DNA from: Owenia fusiformis
Taxonomy: Eukaryota
Length of the DNA: 64,000 bases
Assembly (NCBI GenBank): GCA_903813345.2
Contig: CAIIXF020000001.1
Coordinates: 22,816,001-22,880,000, forward strand
Direction of reading: 5' to 3'
Below are positions 38,801 to 51,700 of the stretch, piece by piece; position 1 is the stretch's first letter; each line of letters opens with the position of its first letter. The notes below the pieces were generated by a model. The model had not been told where the DNA came from and made no database searches. It was given only the letters and a program-made list of their open reading frames with translations. Both the position numbers and the translations under genes were made by a program.

Positions 38801-41254
38801 TGAGACCGAATTGATGGAATACCTTTTTGACGTCCTTTATAAGATTTGATCTTTTTTGTTAATTACTCTACATCATTGTCGTTTCTCAGATTAAGAAGAG
38901 ACATAACAAACAAGACGAAGTGATTTAAGGCATGCTAAAATAATACTGGCTCCGAGACAATTGTCCTTTCTCGGCACTGTCATCACGTATTATAGCACGG
39001 TGACAATAGCGTCTCATCTCTAATCACCCTGTGACTCAGAAACTATTAATTTTTTTACCATCATACGTAAAACCCATTAGGCATTACAACGAATTAATCT
39101 TGATGCTATATCAATACGTTTTCTCAAATTCTTCATTTCTGCGAGGCAATAATTTAGAATTTTATTGCTCGTATCACATTCATGTGGGTTGCCATAGTAA
39201 CGGATTAATATCTGTTTTCCATTTTGTCAGGTTGATGGGGCAGTGAAGGTGTTTTGAATGGAGTCCATCAACTTGGACGCCATCAATCATTCACCATTTT
39301 TATCTATTTGCAGATCTCACATCAGCTATTGATACTTATTCCAAAATCTGGTCACTGATGGTTTCATTTTGATTGTTCTCTTTGAATATTTTAAACTATA
39401 TTTGTCTCTATTGATGGGACGTCAAAATATCTAGGTGGTCTGCTAGATTCTTCAAATACTAACCGAACGATCTTTTCAAGGCAATGTTGACAAATGTTTA
39501 CGTTCGTTAATTGCATGCATATTCAGCACTGATTACACTATGTCAATAAATATTAATTTACAGGGAAGGAGTATCTTTATGTAGAAGATTCAAGATATTT
39601 ACGTCTTACTCAGCTACAAACACGTGTCTAATTGAAATTATGTAAGTCAAACGTTTGAAATGCGCCAGTATTCTCTTGATAAATGGTAATACCCTGGAAA
39701 ACATAATCATATTATGTCAGAAGATTAATTCAGGTTATGCATGACATGGAAAATACAAACCTGATTCATATCGCACATGTTCATAAAAAACTAGTCGATT
39801 AGGTTATTAGTTATTTTTTAGATAAACTAATCATGCATGGAACTGTATTGCGAGGCTTAATAATGAATTAATGTCGTATTCGATGAATAACTGTTACCAT
39901 CAATCGAACATTTCTGAATTATACACGTTTTACCATATTTACCTCATTCAACAGTTTGATTTTGTTCGTTTAAAAGAGCGCTTCACCGACACACACAAAT
40001 ACCCTTTCCAATCATATGACTTTGATGCTTGAAGAGAGGATCGTCTAACTGCTACACAGGAAAATTACCCTGCGCCCAGAGTCTAGTTATAAACGAAGCT
40101 CTCTTTTGAGAAGCAAAGTCGAACGAATGCAAAGGGTACGGGAAAATGCACTTAGTTAATACCGGGCTCCATGCCTTGGGTGTACACGTTCACAGGAATA
40201 AAGTTGCCACGTTTTTTGGTTTCGCCTGCATCATTTACATTTATGCAAATTTCCAGTAATAGTTATTGGTTGTTCTTGTCATTGTAAACTTGGCATATGT
40301 CATTCATCTATGGAAATGCTTGGAATACCAGTCTTGTAAAACTAAACAAAGTAGTTAATTGATTATTATTTCTACTGATTGATATCGTCCAGTGCATTGA
40401 AAACTCATTGCATCATTTCAATGACTCCTTTGCATGACAATAACCGGGGATTAATGGATTGAGAACTCCGGAAGATTTATATATTTAATTTATTTTCAAC
40501 ATGGACGAAGATGTTAACTGCAATTTAAGTAGACGTTATTAGCTGTTTAAGCCTCTACATTGTTAATTCTTAGACATTCTTACCACATCAAATATTTTAA
40601 ACCATGTTTGTACTTTTTTCAATAGACAGATTGTTCAAGTAGAAAAATTCCCAAGGTTTATACAATGACGAGGAATGATATTGAATCATGTTATATCCGA
40701 TAGATACTTTCATTTGTTATTCACTTGCTTAATACTTTCAAGGTTTTTAAATAGATAAATCATAATAACCGAAAAATCAATAAATAAATACAAATTATCG
40801 ATCACAGATTGAAACAGCACACATCTTATACCACAGTGCTAACGATTTTGACAAAATGTTAATTAACATGGAAGCGATATATGGTGTAGCTACTGACAAG
40901 TTGTGATTAGAGCATCCTGTTTTTGAATCACTGGGTACTGTTTTGTCAGCTGGTGACAATCGTGTCCAGCGGAATGATAACCATATTGACCATGATATTT
41001 CTAAAGTAACATTCAAATAAGTTATTTGTAAGATTAGTTTACCTGAATATGCATATGGCCTATGGGTGCAGATCATCTCAATACCTACACATCTTTATAT
41101 TCATTCTATACCTGTATACAGCAAACTAAAAGGGCAAGAGGTCTTGTAGTACTATTGTCCAATGTTCCATAATCTACCCAATGCCAGCGTTTGGGTTTCA
41201 CCTGATTACTATTTCTCCCCGGGCCTCAGGGTAGCTCGAAGTCAGAGGTGAGTA

Positions 41255-41442
41255 CAGTAAAACCTGTGTATATTGAACACTTTTTGCCGAGAAAAAACGT
41301 CCATTGTTGGGAGGTGTTTTCACAGAGAGGGTTATTTATTAATTTATGCGGAATTCAATAGAGTATGTCGTGCGGAGGAAGGGTGTTCACGAAAGAGAGG
41401 TGTTTACTGAGACAGATGTTCACGAAAGAGAAAGGTTTACTG
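41255..41442. mobile_element. Short Tigger/pogo-like MITE, TA TSD
   Basis: TA|CAGTAAAACC...GGTTTACTG|TA, with subterminal tgttcacgaaagaga repeats. Confidence 0.8.
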
Positions 41443-43076
41443 TATATACCAATCATAGTTATTTTTACTTTCAAAGAACACATTATGTACATACTGTACA
41501 TCCAATATCATGACTTAATCGACACCCCCTACCATCACTGGTTGCCTCAGGAAAGGGGGTTTGTGGCCAATACACAGCCAATATTTGATGGGTTAATGAG
41601 GTAAATTAGATTTAGCTCTTTGATTTCTCAATTAGGTTGCTTGGCTGTAAACCAACAACAATGAAGAACCTTATAGAAGCAAACTTATAAAAGTAAAAAT
41701 CAAGATTTCTCTGATTATTGCTATTCAAATATTGTGATTCAATTATTCATAAGATGATCGAGTTCCATGACTGGCGAAGGTTTATTTTCGTTGCTTGACA
41801 AACAATCAAACATAACCGTTTCATTTGCATGGAAATCGTTCACTAGAGACACATCTTAAAGAAAAATAGACAATATTGCTTCCAAACGTGTGCACGTGAT
41901 TGCATTTTCCTGAAATTAACAGTTAAGAGCTGTATATGGTGTGAATCGCGAATTCCTTCGAAATCTTAGCCTGTTATATGCGACACTGTCAATTTGTATG
42001 GGTGAAATTTTGCTGGTGCTAATCAGAGATTGATAGCCTCGGCTTATGGAATGACTGACTCATCGACATTTATCGTCTCAGTCGTATCTCTCGTCTTCAT
42101 AGAAGAGACACCACCAATATTGCTTGGTATCAGCATTATGTACACAGCACGCATATCATCCGGCCATATTTCAAGCATATCTGACTCTCATGTAATCATG
42201 ATTAATACAGACTCAGATTTTATCCTCTATTTGATGGAGGGATTCTGCTTTTTTATCCCAATGGCAACCTTCCATCCCTCTAGTGAGTCGATAGTTTATG
42301 TTTGAAATGACACTAATAAATGAAAGCTTTGAGTTCAACAAAATGCAGGTGGAATTTGGATTAATGGGATGGCTGAACCTCTCAAAGATCATATAGATTT
42401 TTCATAGTTTCCTCAGAAGCTCAAATGGGATTAACTCATTAATGAGATAAAAACCAAGCTTTAATTTGGGATAATTGAGATTTATGACAGAAAACAACGA
42501 TGCAAATTGCATCTCCTATGTCCCCTTGTGCATCGGTGTGACTTTCTTCAGATTCCACTTTCTCGAATCTGGACAATGATATCCCACGAGGGAAATTATA
42601 AAAGCCTTATTAATCTTAAAATGCAGTTAATCCAAACGCGTACACCGACGGCTAGTGCTGTTGTTTAAACACTGACATTTTTAGCCATAAGAAGAGAGTA
42701 CTTGATCCAACAAAGTCCACCAGAATGATGCATGGATTCCCAAGATCCTCGTTTCTAAATCCCAGTCCATTTTGAATTCCCCTCTTAATTTCACGTAAGA
42801 TAAGTTTTAAGGTCACTTTGGGCTGTATTAGAGGATGCTACACGATGATGGTATCAAGCTAATGGGCCTCGTAGTATTCTCTAGCCGGCCATTCGACTGA
42901 TGAACCGTATCGTTTTCCGATCATTCAGAAACAATTACTATTTCTCTTTCTATATCTCTATTCACATTATTCTCTCAAATGTTCTTACAATCTTCTTCTG
43001 TAGCTCGATCAATTTATTTATCATCTTGATTCACACATCCTCCTAAGCAGGTATCCAGAATCCGTACCTCCTTCTT

Positions 43077-43233
43077 CCCCCTGCTATAACCAATTTGGAA
43101 GCGCCCGATTAAACTGAATCACGTGACCTAATTATGCGCAATGACTTATACATGATTTCTGTCGCAGTGTTGCGACAGCCAATCAGATTGCGAGTTCTTA
43201 ATCGGGGAAATGCTAACTGCTTATAGCAGGGGG
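43077..43233. promoter_or_regulatory. Symmetric divergent promoter-like element
   Basis: TTAATCGGG-N14-TTATAGCAGGGGG points outward on both strands (43112->43077 and 43198->43233). The core contains TCACGTGA and GCCAATCAG. Confidence 0.45.
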
Positions 43234-43438
43234 TAAAAAGAAAGAATATATTCTGGATTTTGAAGCCCTGTGATCGGAGGTTGGATTCACAGTGTTTCAG
43301 TTGTTCGAAACTCATTTTGAAATCTTGATATATCTTTAACATTTACAATAGACGACCGAGTCGAGTGAATAGATATTTCAAAATAAATAGAAATATCTCA
43401 ATAAAAATCAACAAAAGTGTTATTTTTCAAACGACTTA

Positions 43439-43743
43439 CAAGGAGGATTGGCTCCCAGGATCGAAACTCGATATTTTCCAACAATGAAAACGTCGAAATG
43501 TCGTTATTTTCTGAAATTAAAACCGACTATAAATTCAAAATAAACAGTTCAAAAGATTCGAACCAATATCTCGATCATTTCTTGTGAGTTTTGGAATTTT
43601 TCGTTTGGAAATAAGACCAAAATTCACGATTTAAATGTTGAAGTGAACAAAATGGCGGCTGTTTGAATTCGAATTTTGTATTACGACATACCCATATATG
43701 GGACAGAATATCGGTGGTGCACTCTGGGAGCCAATCCTCCTTG
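43439..43743. mobile_element. MITE with 20-bp perfect TIR and 9-bp TSD (Mutator-like)
   Basis: AACGACTTA|CAAGGAGGATTGGCTCCCAG...CTGGGAGCCAATCCTCCTTG|AACGACTTA. Confidence 0.88.
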
Positions 43744-45156
43744 AACGACTTATCAACATGGCGTTTGAGACACCATGGTGGACTGGCAACCGATTCTTTT
43801 TATCATTCAGCAAATCTACAATCTCTGTTTTGCCAAATACTTCAAAAGCTTAGAGTTATTCTAGCAACTTCAACAGTACATATAGACCCTTCCACTTCAT
43901 TTAAAACATACTTTGTGATCCTACTCCTTCTATCGAGTAAAACAAATATAGAGACGCTGGTAGGAGAGGTTTAAATATCTCTTTCGATACTAATTGATAG
44001 GGATTCTTTTTCGTAAAATAAACAAGTATCCCGAGCCTCGAACACCGTCAAAACACAAGGGTGAGAACAAAGTTCACGATGACCTCATGTCGAGCTGGAT
44101 ATTTTCCGGCCAAATTACTCCCAGCAGTCATATTATATCAAAACATACGACACCTTAGATTCTAGTTTCTGGAAATTCAATATTAAAAGTTTGACCGAAG
44201 AAATAAACAATAAATTCTCCATTTATCGCAATGTTGTTCAGCTGCTGTCTGCCTAATGAAAACAACGGAAACATACACCAATCTAGTCTTTATATGGATC
44301 CCGAACAGGCAAATGTAAATGGCATTCGTGAGTATAGCCCATAGCGGTCAAATAATCTGATAAAAATCACTGGAAAACTAATGAAATTATTCCCAAAGAT
44401 AGGGTTATTTGGCAAAATCTGTTTAGCTCCATTTCTGAGTAATGGCACATTTCCACTTAGCATTAACCCCAACAAAGCCAGGGGCAAAATCTGGGGTCAA
44501 CGTAGAATAATTAGGAAAAGATCTGACATGTTGCATCGAATATCAAGGTGCAAGAAATATTGAGTACCTGCTCTGTCTACAGAATCAGAGCTCTTGATGC
44601 AGATATTATCCCCGCCTAATGATTCATCAATTTGTCCACCTTTCAGGATATCATGTAATGAGTCGTACATCATACAATTTAGCGAAAACCCGCAAACAAA
44701 TCCAGGTAAACTTACAAATTGTTTATAGGGCTTTGATGGTTTGATGGGATGCATATTTGATTACCCCAAGAACAATTATCCGTTGTAGTGCTAGTGAACA
44801 AGTAATGAAGAAACAGTTAATTGAGCAATATCAAGTATGAATCTCGGGAACAGCGACATATTATAATTCCATCGACAGACAAAGAAATCTAATTAGGATG
44901 CCGCTGGGTTTTCATTTTTCACTTTGAGTTTCCTGTTTCAGTAATCTCATGTACTGAGGGGGAAACACCTCCGGGAACAACCTTACTAACATCCCTCAAT
45001 TCACTTTTCAAAACTGAAAGTTTATGAATATATCCTCATAATCATTTATATTAAAACCTTATTTTTGAGTATTATATGAAGCGATGGCATAAGTTTTATG
45101 AACAAGCCTTGATGCCTTCTCCGGGGCCCATACCTAGCAGAACAACAATGGCGGTT

Positions 45157-46386
45157 GAATCTCTCTCGTACAAAGACGCGAAATCTTAAAATAGTGCAAT
45201 GGCATGACTTGGCGGATGAATCTCTCTCGTACAAAGACGCGAAATCTTAAAATAGTGCAATGGCATGACTTGGCGGATGAATCTCTCTCGTACAAAGACG
45301 CGAAATCTTAAAAATAGTGCAATGGCATGACTTGGCGGATGAATCTCTCTCGTACATAGACGTGAAATCTTAAAAATAGTGCAATTGTATGACTTGGCGG
45401 ATGAATCTCTCTCGTACAAAGACGCGAAATCTTAAAAATAGTGCAATGGCATGCCTTGGCGGATGAATCTCTCTCGTACATAGACGTGAAATCTTAAAAA
45501 TAGTGCAACGGCATGACTTGGCGGATGAATCTCTCTCGTACATAGACGCGAAATCTTAAAAAACTGCAATGGCATGACTTGGCTGATGAATCTCTCTCGT
45601 ACAAAGACGCGAAATCTTAAAATAGTGCAATGGCATGACTTGGCGGATGAATCTCTCTCGTACATAGACGCGAAATCTTAAAAATAGTGCAATGGCATGA
45701 CTTGGCGGATGAATCTCTCTCGGGCATAGACGCGAGATCTTAAAAATAGTGTAATGGCATGACTTGGCGGATGAATCTCTCTCGTACATAGACGCGAAAT
45801 CTTAAAAATAGTGCAATGGCATGACTCGGCGGATGAATCGCTCTCGTACATAGACGCGAGATCTTAAAAATAGTGCAATGGCATGACTTGGCGGATGAAT
45901 CTTTCTCGTACATAGACGCGAAATCTTTAAAATAGTGCAATGGCATGACTTGGCTGATGAATCTCTCTCGTACATAGACGCGAAATCTTAAAAATAGTGC
46001 AAGAGCATGACTTGGCGGATGAATCACTCTCGTACATAGACGCGAGATCTTAAAAATAGTGTAATGGCATGACTTGGCGGATGAATCTCTCTCGGGCATA
46101 GACGCGAAATCTTAAAAATAGTGTAATGGCATGACTTGGCGGATGAATCTCTCTCGTACATAGACGCGAAATCTTAAAAATAGTGCAATGGCATGACTTG
46201 GCGGATGCATCTCTCTCGTACATAGACGCGGAATCTTAAAAATAGTGCAATGGCATGACTTGGCGGATGCATCTCTCTCGTACATAGACGCGAAATCTTA
46301 AAAATAGTGTAATGGCATGACTTGGCGGATGAATCTCTCTCGTACATAGACGCGAAATCTTAAAAATAGTGTAATGGCATGACTTG
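45157..46386. repeat. Homogeneous 61-62-bp tandem array, ~20 copies
   Basis: The unit gaatctctctcgtacatagacgcgaaatcttaaaaatagtgcaatggcatgacttggcggat repeats head-to-tail with few substitutions and no spacers. Confidence 0.97.
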
Positions 46387-47269
46387 TTCAGGTGAATGTT
46401 ATCTGCATCATCAGATGCATTTTTGCAATATGATGCCTCTATGATGCATATCTTCCCGCAGTAATAACCTTTCATACACCTGTGGCATGTTACATAGCAA
46501 TAATCCCTTGATACATCCTTGTAGTTCTCTTGTATATTGCGATGTACGAGATACATTGTCTGTTCTATGACAAGGTTTTGTTCAGGAATTACAAAGGTAT
46601 TTTTATTACACGGTGGCATGAAGAGATTCTATCATACTTCAAAGTACTTTTTTCATTTCCTATTATCAGCTCTGTTGCTATAAATTAATTATACAATTCC
46701 GACGTTCAACACCCAGCTACAATGTTATATTATTTTTGAATCTATAATATTACAATGTTGAATCACAAGTAGAAATTGAAATATTATTGTGAGCATGTCT
46801 AATTACAATAATACGTGTTATGGGATTAAGAATTGAAAATATGACTTATACTTAGTGAAATTGCTTCAATCTTTCAAACGTATGGCAATGGTAGAACGAG
46901 TTGGAATAATAAGTCCCCACATTATCCTAAAAATGTTGTCATTTTAAGTTGCAGCATGTGTCTATTAGACAATATGGTTGCAATATTAGCTTTACAATAT
47001 TTACATGATTGCTTCAGTTCTCTTGTTTCGTTGTTGCAAGACTCGGTCGTTTACGAAAGTACGTTTTCATCATATCATGATGTATATCTATTGAAAACTA
47101 TTACCATCGAGTTTTGTCTTTGTTAAGCTTGGGAAAATAACACTCCAAATATCTAGTTTCGCGACGTGGTTTTAGTTTCATTTTTAATTTCGCTCGGTTC
47201 AATTGAATTCATGATCTTCTTGCATCGTAGACCTAATCGGGTGAAATGACACAGCCATTATTTCATTTC

Positions 47270-47660
47270 ATTACACGCCCATTTGGAAAATCCATACGCC
47301 AATGTTTGAACATCAGTCATACGCTAATTTTTTTATATCATTCATTCGCTCGTTTATCAACAGGTCAGTTACAAGTACCCAATGTTGCAAGGACAATTTT
47401 GCAACATCATTCATACACCAATTTCTTGATATCAGTTATGCGCCCATTTTTCAACATTAGATACAAGCCAATTTCTCAACACCAGTCGTAAGCCAATTTT
47501 TTCAACATCAGTAATACGCCCGTCGTCAGTCATACGCTAATTTTTCGATATCAGTCATACGCCCAAATTTCATCAGCAGCCATAAGCCAATTTCGCAGCA
47601 TCAGTCATACGCCGTTTATCAACACATTAAGCCCTGCTTAATTTTTCAACACCAATCACC
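47270..47660. repeat. Degenerate ~25-bp minisatellite (tttcaacatcagtcatacgccaa)
   Basis: About 14 diverged units are visible. Confidence 0.8.
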
Positions 47661-48427
47661 ATTTCAATGATTGTTGCGGCATTTATTTATTTGAAATCTG
47701 ATATTGTGATTTTGCATGATGCAGCTTTGATTATTTTAAGACTATTTTCTCAGGCCATACTTATGTCACGTTCGAAATTGCAGTAATAGGCGACTGCCTT
47801 ATTAAGAGTGGCCTATATGGGCAGCATGCAAGAAAACAATGCAACTGTCACTTTGATGGATGGCTTGGATTCTAAGAATTACCTCATAGCAAAAGCTAAC
47901 TCTTTTGGGATTGGGTTTGAAATAATCAAAAGATGAATAACCACAGTAACCCATTGAAGCTTAACAATGGGATTCGTAAAACAGTCCCGATAATTCTTTC
48001 AATCTCGACTAGCTCATTACAGCAAAACACAAAACCTATGAATTTATAGGAGGCCCACAGGCGAATCTTCTATTTGGTTCCATACATCATTACTTACCTA
48101 TATCAGTATGTTGACTTCATTACTATAGAACATGAATCTGACAACTCTCCCTCGTTTTACATGCGGAAAAAGTAATTAAGACACGCAATACATGCTAGTG
48201 TGATGGCTACATACCTTAGACCACACATACCTTGAACTGTTATGGTTTGCTTTAATAAGTTGTCTAAATATATTCAAGGCTTTTTGATTAAACATTAAAC
48301 GTCAAATTCAAAATCAATATCAGAATTGAAAATAAGTGAATAAGGCAAGAATCCAGTTTACCTTTGTGAAATTTAAAACACTAAATAAAGAGCTTGAATT
48401 CGCATCTTTGAGAGAAAGCCTAATCTA

Positions 48428-48773
48428 CAGGATGGCCAGAAAATGTTACTGTCTAATTTTGGAATAACTTTCTCAAATATGATGGGATCTTTGTTGAAGA
48501 TAATAGTGAACTTATATTGCACCTATCATTTTAAGACTTTAGGCATTATTGGAGTCGGAATTGACTTGTTTATGAGGTAAATTTTAAGAAAGACAGATTT
48601 CCTAACTTACATGTTTGAGTGGTTAAGAGTCAGAACATGTCTCCATGGAAACCTGTATGATATCTCTGAATCTATACAACTGTTTCAGACATTGGACACA
48701 AAAAAATCATGAAGATGTCTTCAGAATTGAGAGTTATTCAAAAACTAGAGAGTAACGTTTTTGGGTCACTCTG
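48428..48773. mobile_element. Tc1/mariner-type MITE, TA TSD
   Basis: TA|CAGGATGGCCAGAAAATGTTACT...AGTAACGTTTTTGGGTCACTCTG|TA; imperfect ~40-bp TIR. Confidence 0.75.
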
Positions 48774-51700
48774 TATATCAATTTCGTCAGGGTACCTTTT
48801 GAGTGAGTATATAAGCGGTAATACTAGATTGATGGGATTGGCTCTGTCTAGCTTAGCTTATATATGACACCGATATTGCGTTTTAATATCAAATTCATCA
48901 ACCGTGTACTAATAGTGCTTGGACCCTACATGATTTTGATTACTTTACGACCAAAAGCTCATATCATAAATATGCATCAAAACACTATTCTATTCCCTTG
49001 TGTCAAGATTGCGCTACTGTATGTCTGTATTTACTGAATTAATCACGATCACTTTTATCATACAATTTTCTTTCTACGTGGCTCTATATGCTGCATGTCA
49101 TACTAAATTAATAGCTTCATAACTTTCCCGAACGCCTTTTACGGACGAAATTAACATGTTTTTATCCAGCTATTTGTTGTTTGTAACGCATCGTGGGTTT
49201 TAACCAAAGGCATTGGTCTTTTAGTGAAAGTACTCTCTTTAAATAACTCAATGAAAATATTTCAATGATGAATTTTTACGACAAACTTAGCGTGTTATCA
49301 CCATAATTATAGGAGCAATTTACGAAAACAGAGCTAGTAATTTTGATTTCAACTCAAGTGAACTTAACTATATTTCTTTACAATTTTGGGTCAATTAATA
49401 TGTTTTTTTGTACAAACTCAGTGCACGATATTTCAAAGAACGTTATCATTTCACTCTTGACTCTCGTCAGCTACTGTGTTTCTTTCTACCCAAATTGATC
49501 TATCGGGAGACCTTTCTAGGGACCTGTCGTCTTCTAATAATGAATTATTGAAAACTGTCGTACATTTAATATACCCCTGATTTTGCACGTATATTCTACT
49601 ACATTCTATTTGATGGAAAATGAATGAATGAAAATCTTCCCAGAAAACAGGCTTGATCATATGCATGTACAACAATTCATTCTCTCATTGCTTTATCATG
49701 TTTTGCATAAGGCGCCATCAAACGACAATGCAATGCGATTGTATATGTTGTTTTTATCAACGTATTTAGCTGGTAGAACTAATCGTAACTTATGACAAGT
49801 ATGATATGTAACAACACAACAAAAAGTTGTACGTTTCTAAACGTCTTTATCGACAGGGGCAATCCGAGAATACACAGAAGATCCGTTGGTGAAGTATTTT
49901 TCACATACTGCACCAGTAACTTGTCACTTGTTTAATAACAAAGGTATTTCGCGGCATCATATTGAAATACCGTTACGATATAGAATGCTTTGGTAATTTT
50001 TTGATCCATAGATCATAGGTAACTGCTGCAAAATGTTATGTGGTGTATAGTTTCAGATGTTATATTAGTGGGTGTTTTAACCTTCTTTTGAACTGTGTTG
50101 GCTTACTCTGATGACCAGAACTGTGATGCAAGGAATGTCGGTAGTTGTTTCAGTTGAACAACACCAGTTTTAATGGTTTGATTTAACTGCGTTAAACGTT
50201 GGATCTCAGAATATATTTGCAACTTACATAATAGAGTCTTGCAAACAAGAAATGTTATTTTGCAAGAATGGATGACCTTGTCTCACAGATAATCGAATAG
50301 CCAACCAGCAAATAGTGCCTGCTCTTGACGATTGATATCGACCTTCAAGGTCGGGCTTCACTGCTGTAGCAGCCTCTGGAAAGAATTGAAATACCCTTGG
50401 ACCAAGGATGGTGGATTGATATGATAGTTAAAATGTTTTCCTCTAGGGGTACCCCTTGTCCGTTGTAGCTATATGCGAGATCAAACTTAAGATCACGGAA
50501 ATGGCACAATCGATTGTACGAAGATTCTGAATTGAATGTACAATTGTAATAAAACATCGTCGAATAAATAGCAATTAATAGTCTAGACATGCCATCTCTC
50601 ATGATCAGCTGGTTTGTCTGTATCAGATCAGAGTTTACAAAAATATTGATGTTTTACAAAACAGAACCCTCATTCTATAAACACGCATTTACATACTTTA
50701 TATGACCTCGTGTCTACTGTATATGTTTTCTTTACTGTTTATGTTATTCTAGTGTATACTGAGGGTAGTGATGAATGCGTGTTCGTAAATTACATAAGAT
50801 CACGTAGCCCTTTAAGGACTATCAATATAAATGGAGATCCTGACATAATATTAATTCACACCACTATGGAAATTGTTTTTAAAATAATTATTCATCAAAG
50901 CAGATTAATCATTATTAGAAAACATAGCACATGTTATCTCTAAAAGCTTCTAATACTTTGTCTATTAAAGAGTATACATTACAGCAATATTTCACCATCA
51001 ATAGCTTATACCTGAAGCCAATGTAACTTATCACATTTTTCCATTAGTTGTATTAACCTGTCATTTGCTGTGCTATATGGATGATCTACAAAACATCGTA
51101 AGTCACTTATCCAGCACCATCATGTCGTAAATCCACACAAGAGTCAATTAAAATAACGATGGGTTCATAATCTTGATAAACCGGCCATTCTACTTCATAT
51201 TATTGGATTTTGATCACCGTGTTCTCTACAAAACCCCATAAAATCCAGAATAACGGCAAAACAATACAGCACGATGACAATGCTGGATAATGAATTTTGT
51301 TGATTTTTTCAGTGTTCGATAACATCGAATTGATAACTAGAACCATCGCATCAATTGTGCTGTTGATATAAAAGTATCTACTAATTAACGTAATGAGACG
51401 AATATTGCTTGAAATGAGGCCACAAAAAGTACATAAATGTTGCACTAACGACTAAGCACAAAATGCTATATATGTGTTACCCATCTATTGTCTGCCATTA
51501 TGTGTGATCTATGAGCCAATAACAGTCTTATTTTACAGTATGAAGTCCTGCTACAAAGTCACCAAAGTGCCTGTATCACACAATGTATTGCTTTGTTTTA
51601 TCCGAAAAAAGCCTACATTGTTCAGTCGTTATAATTAAAACCAATTACGAGAGGTTTACTACAGAAAGAATGTAGTTAGTTGAGATTTACTGTTATAATA

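Noticed and set aside
45157-46386. CRISPR-like array, or coding ORFs (MYERDSSAKSCH... repeats)
   Set aside because: Units are contiguous with no unique spacers, there are no cas genes, and the context is eukaryotic. The ORFs are translation artefacts of the tandem repeat.
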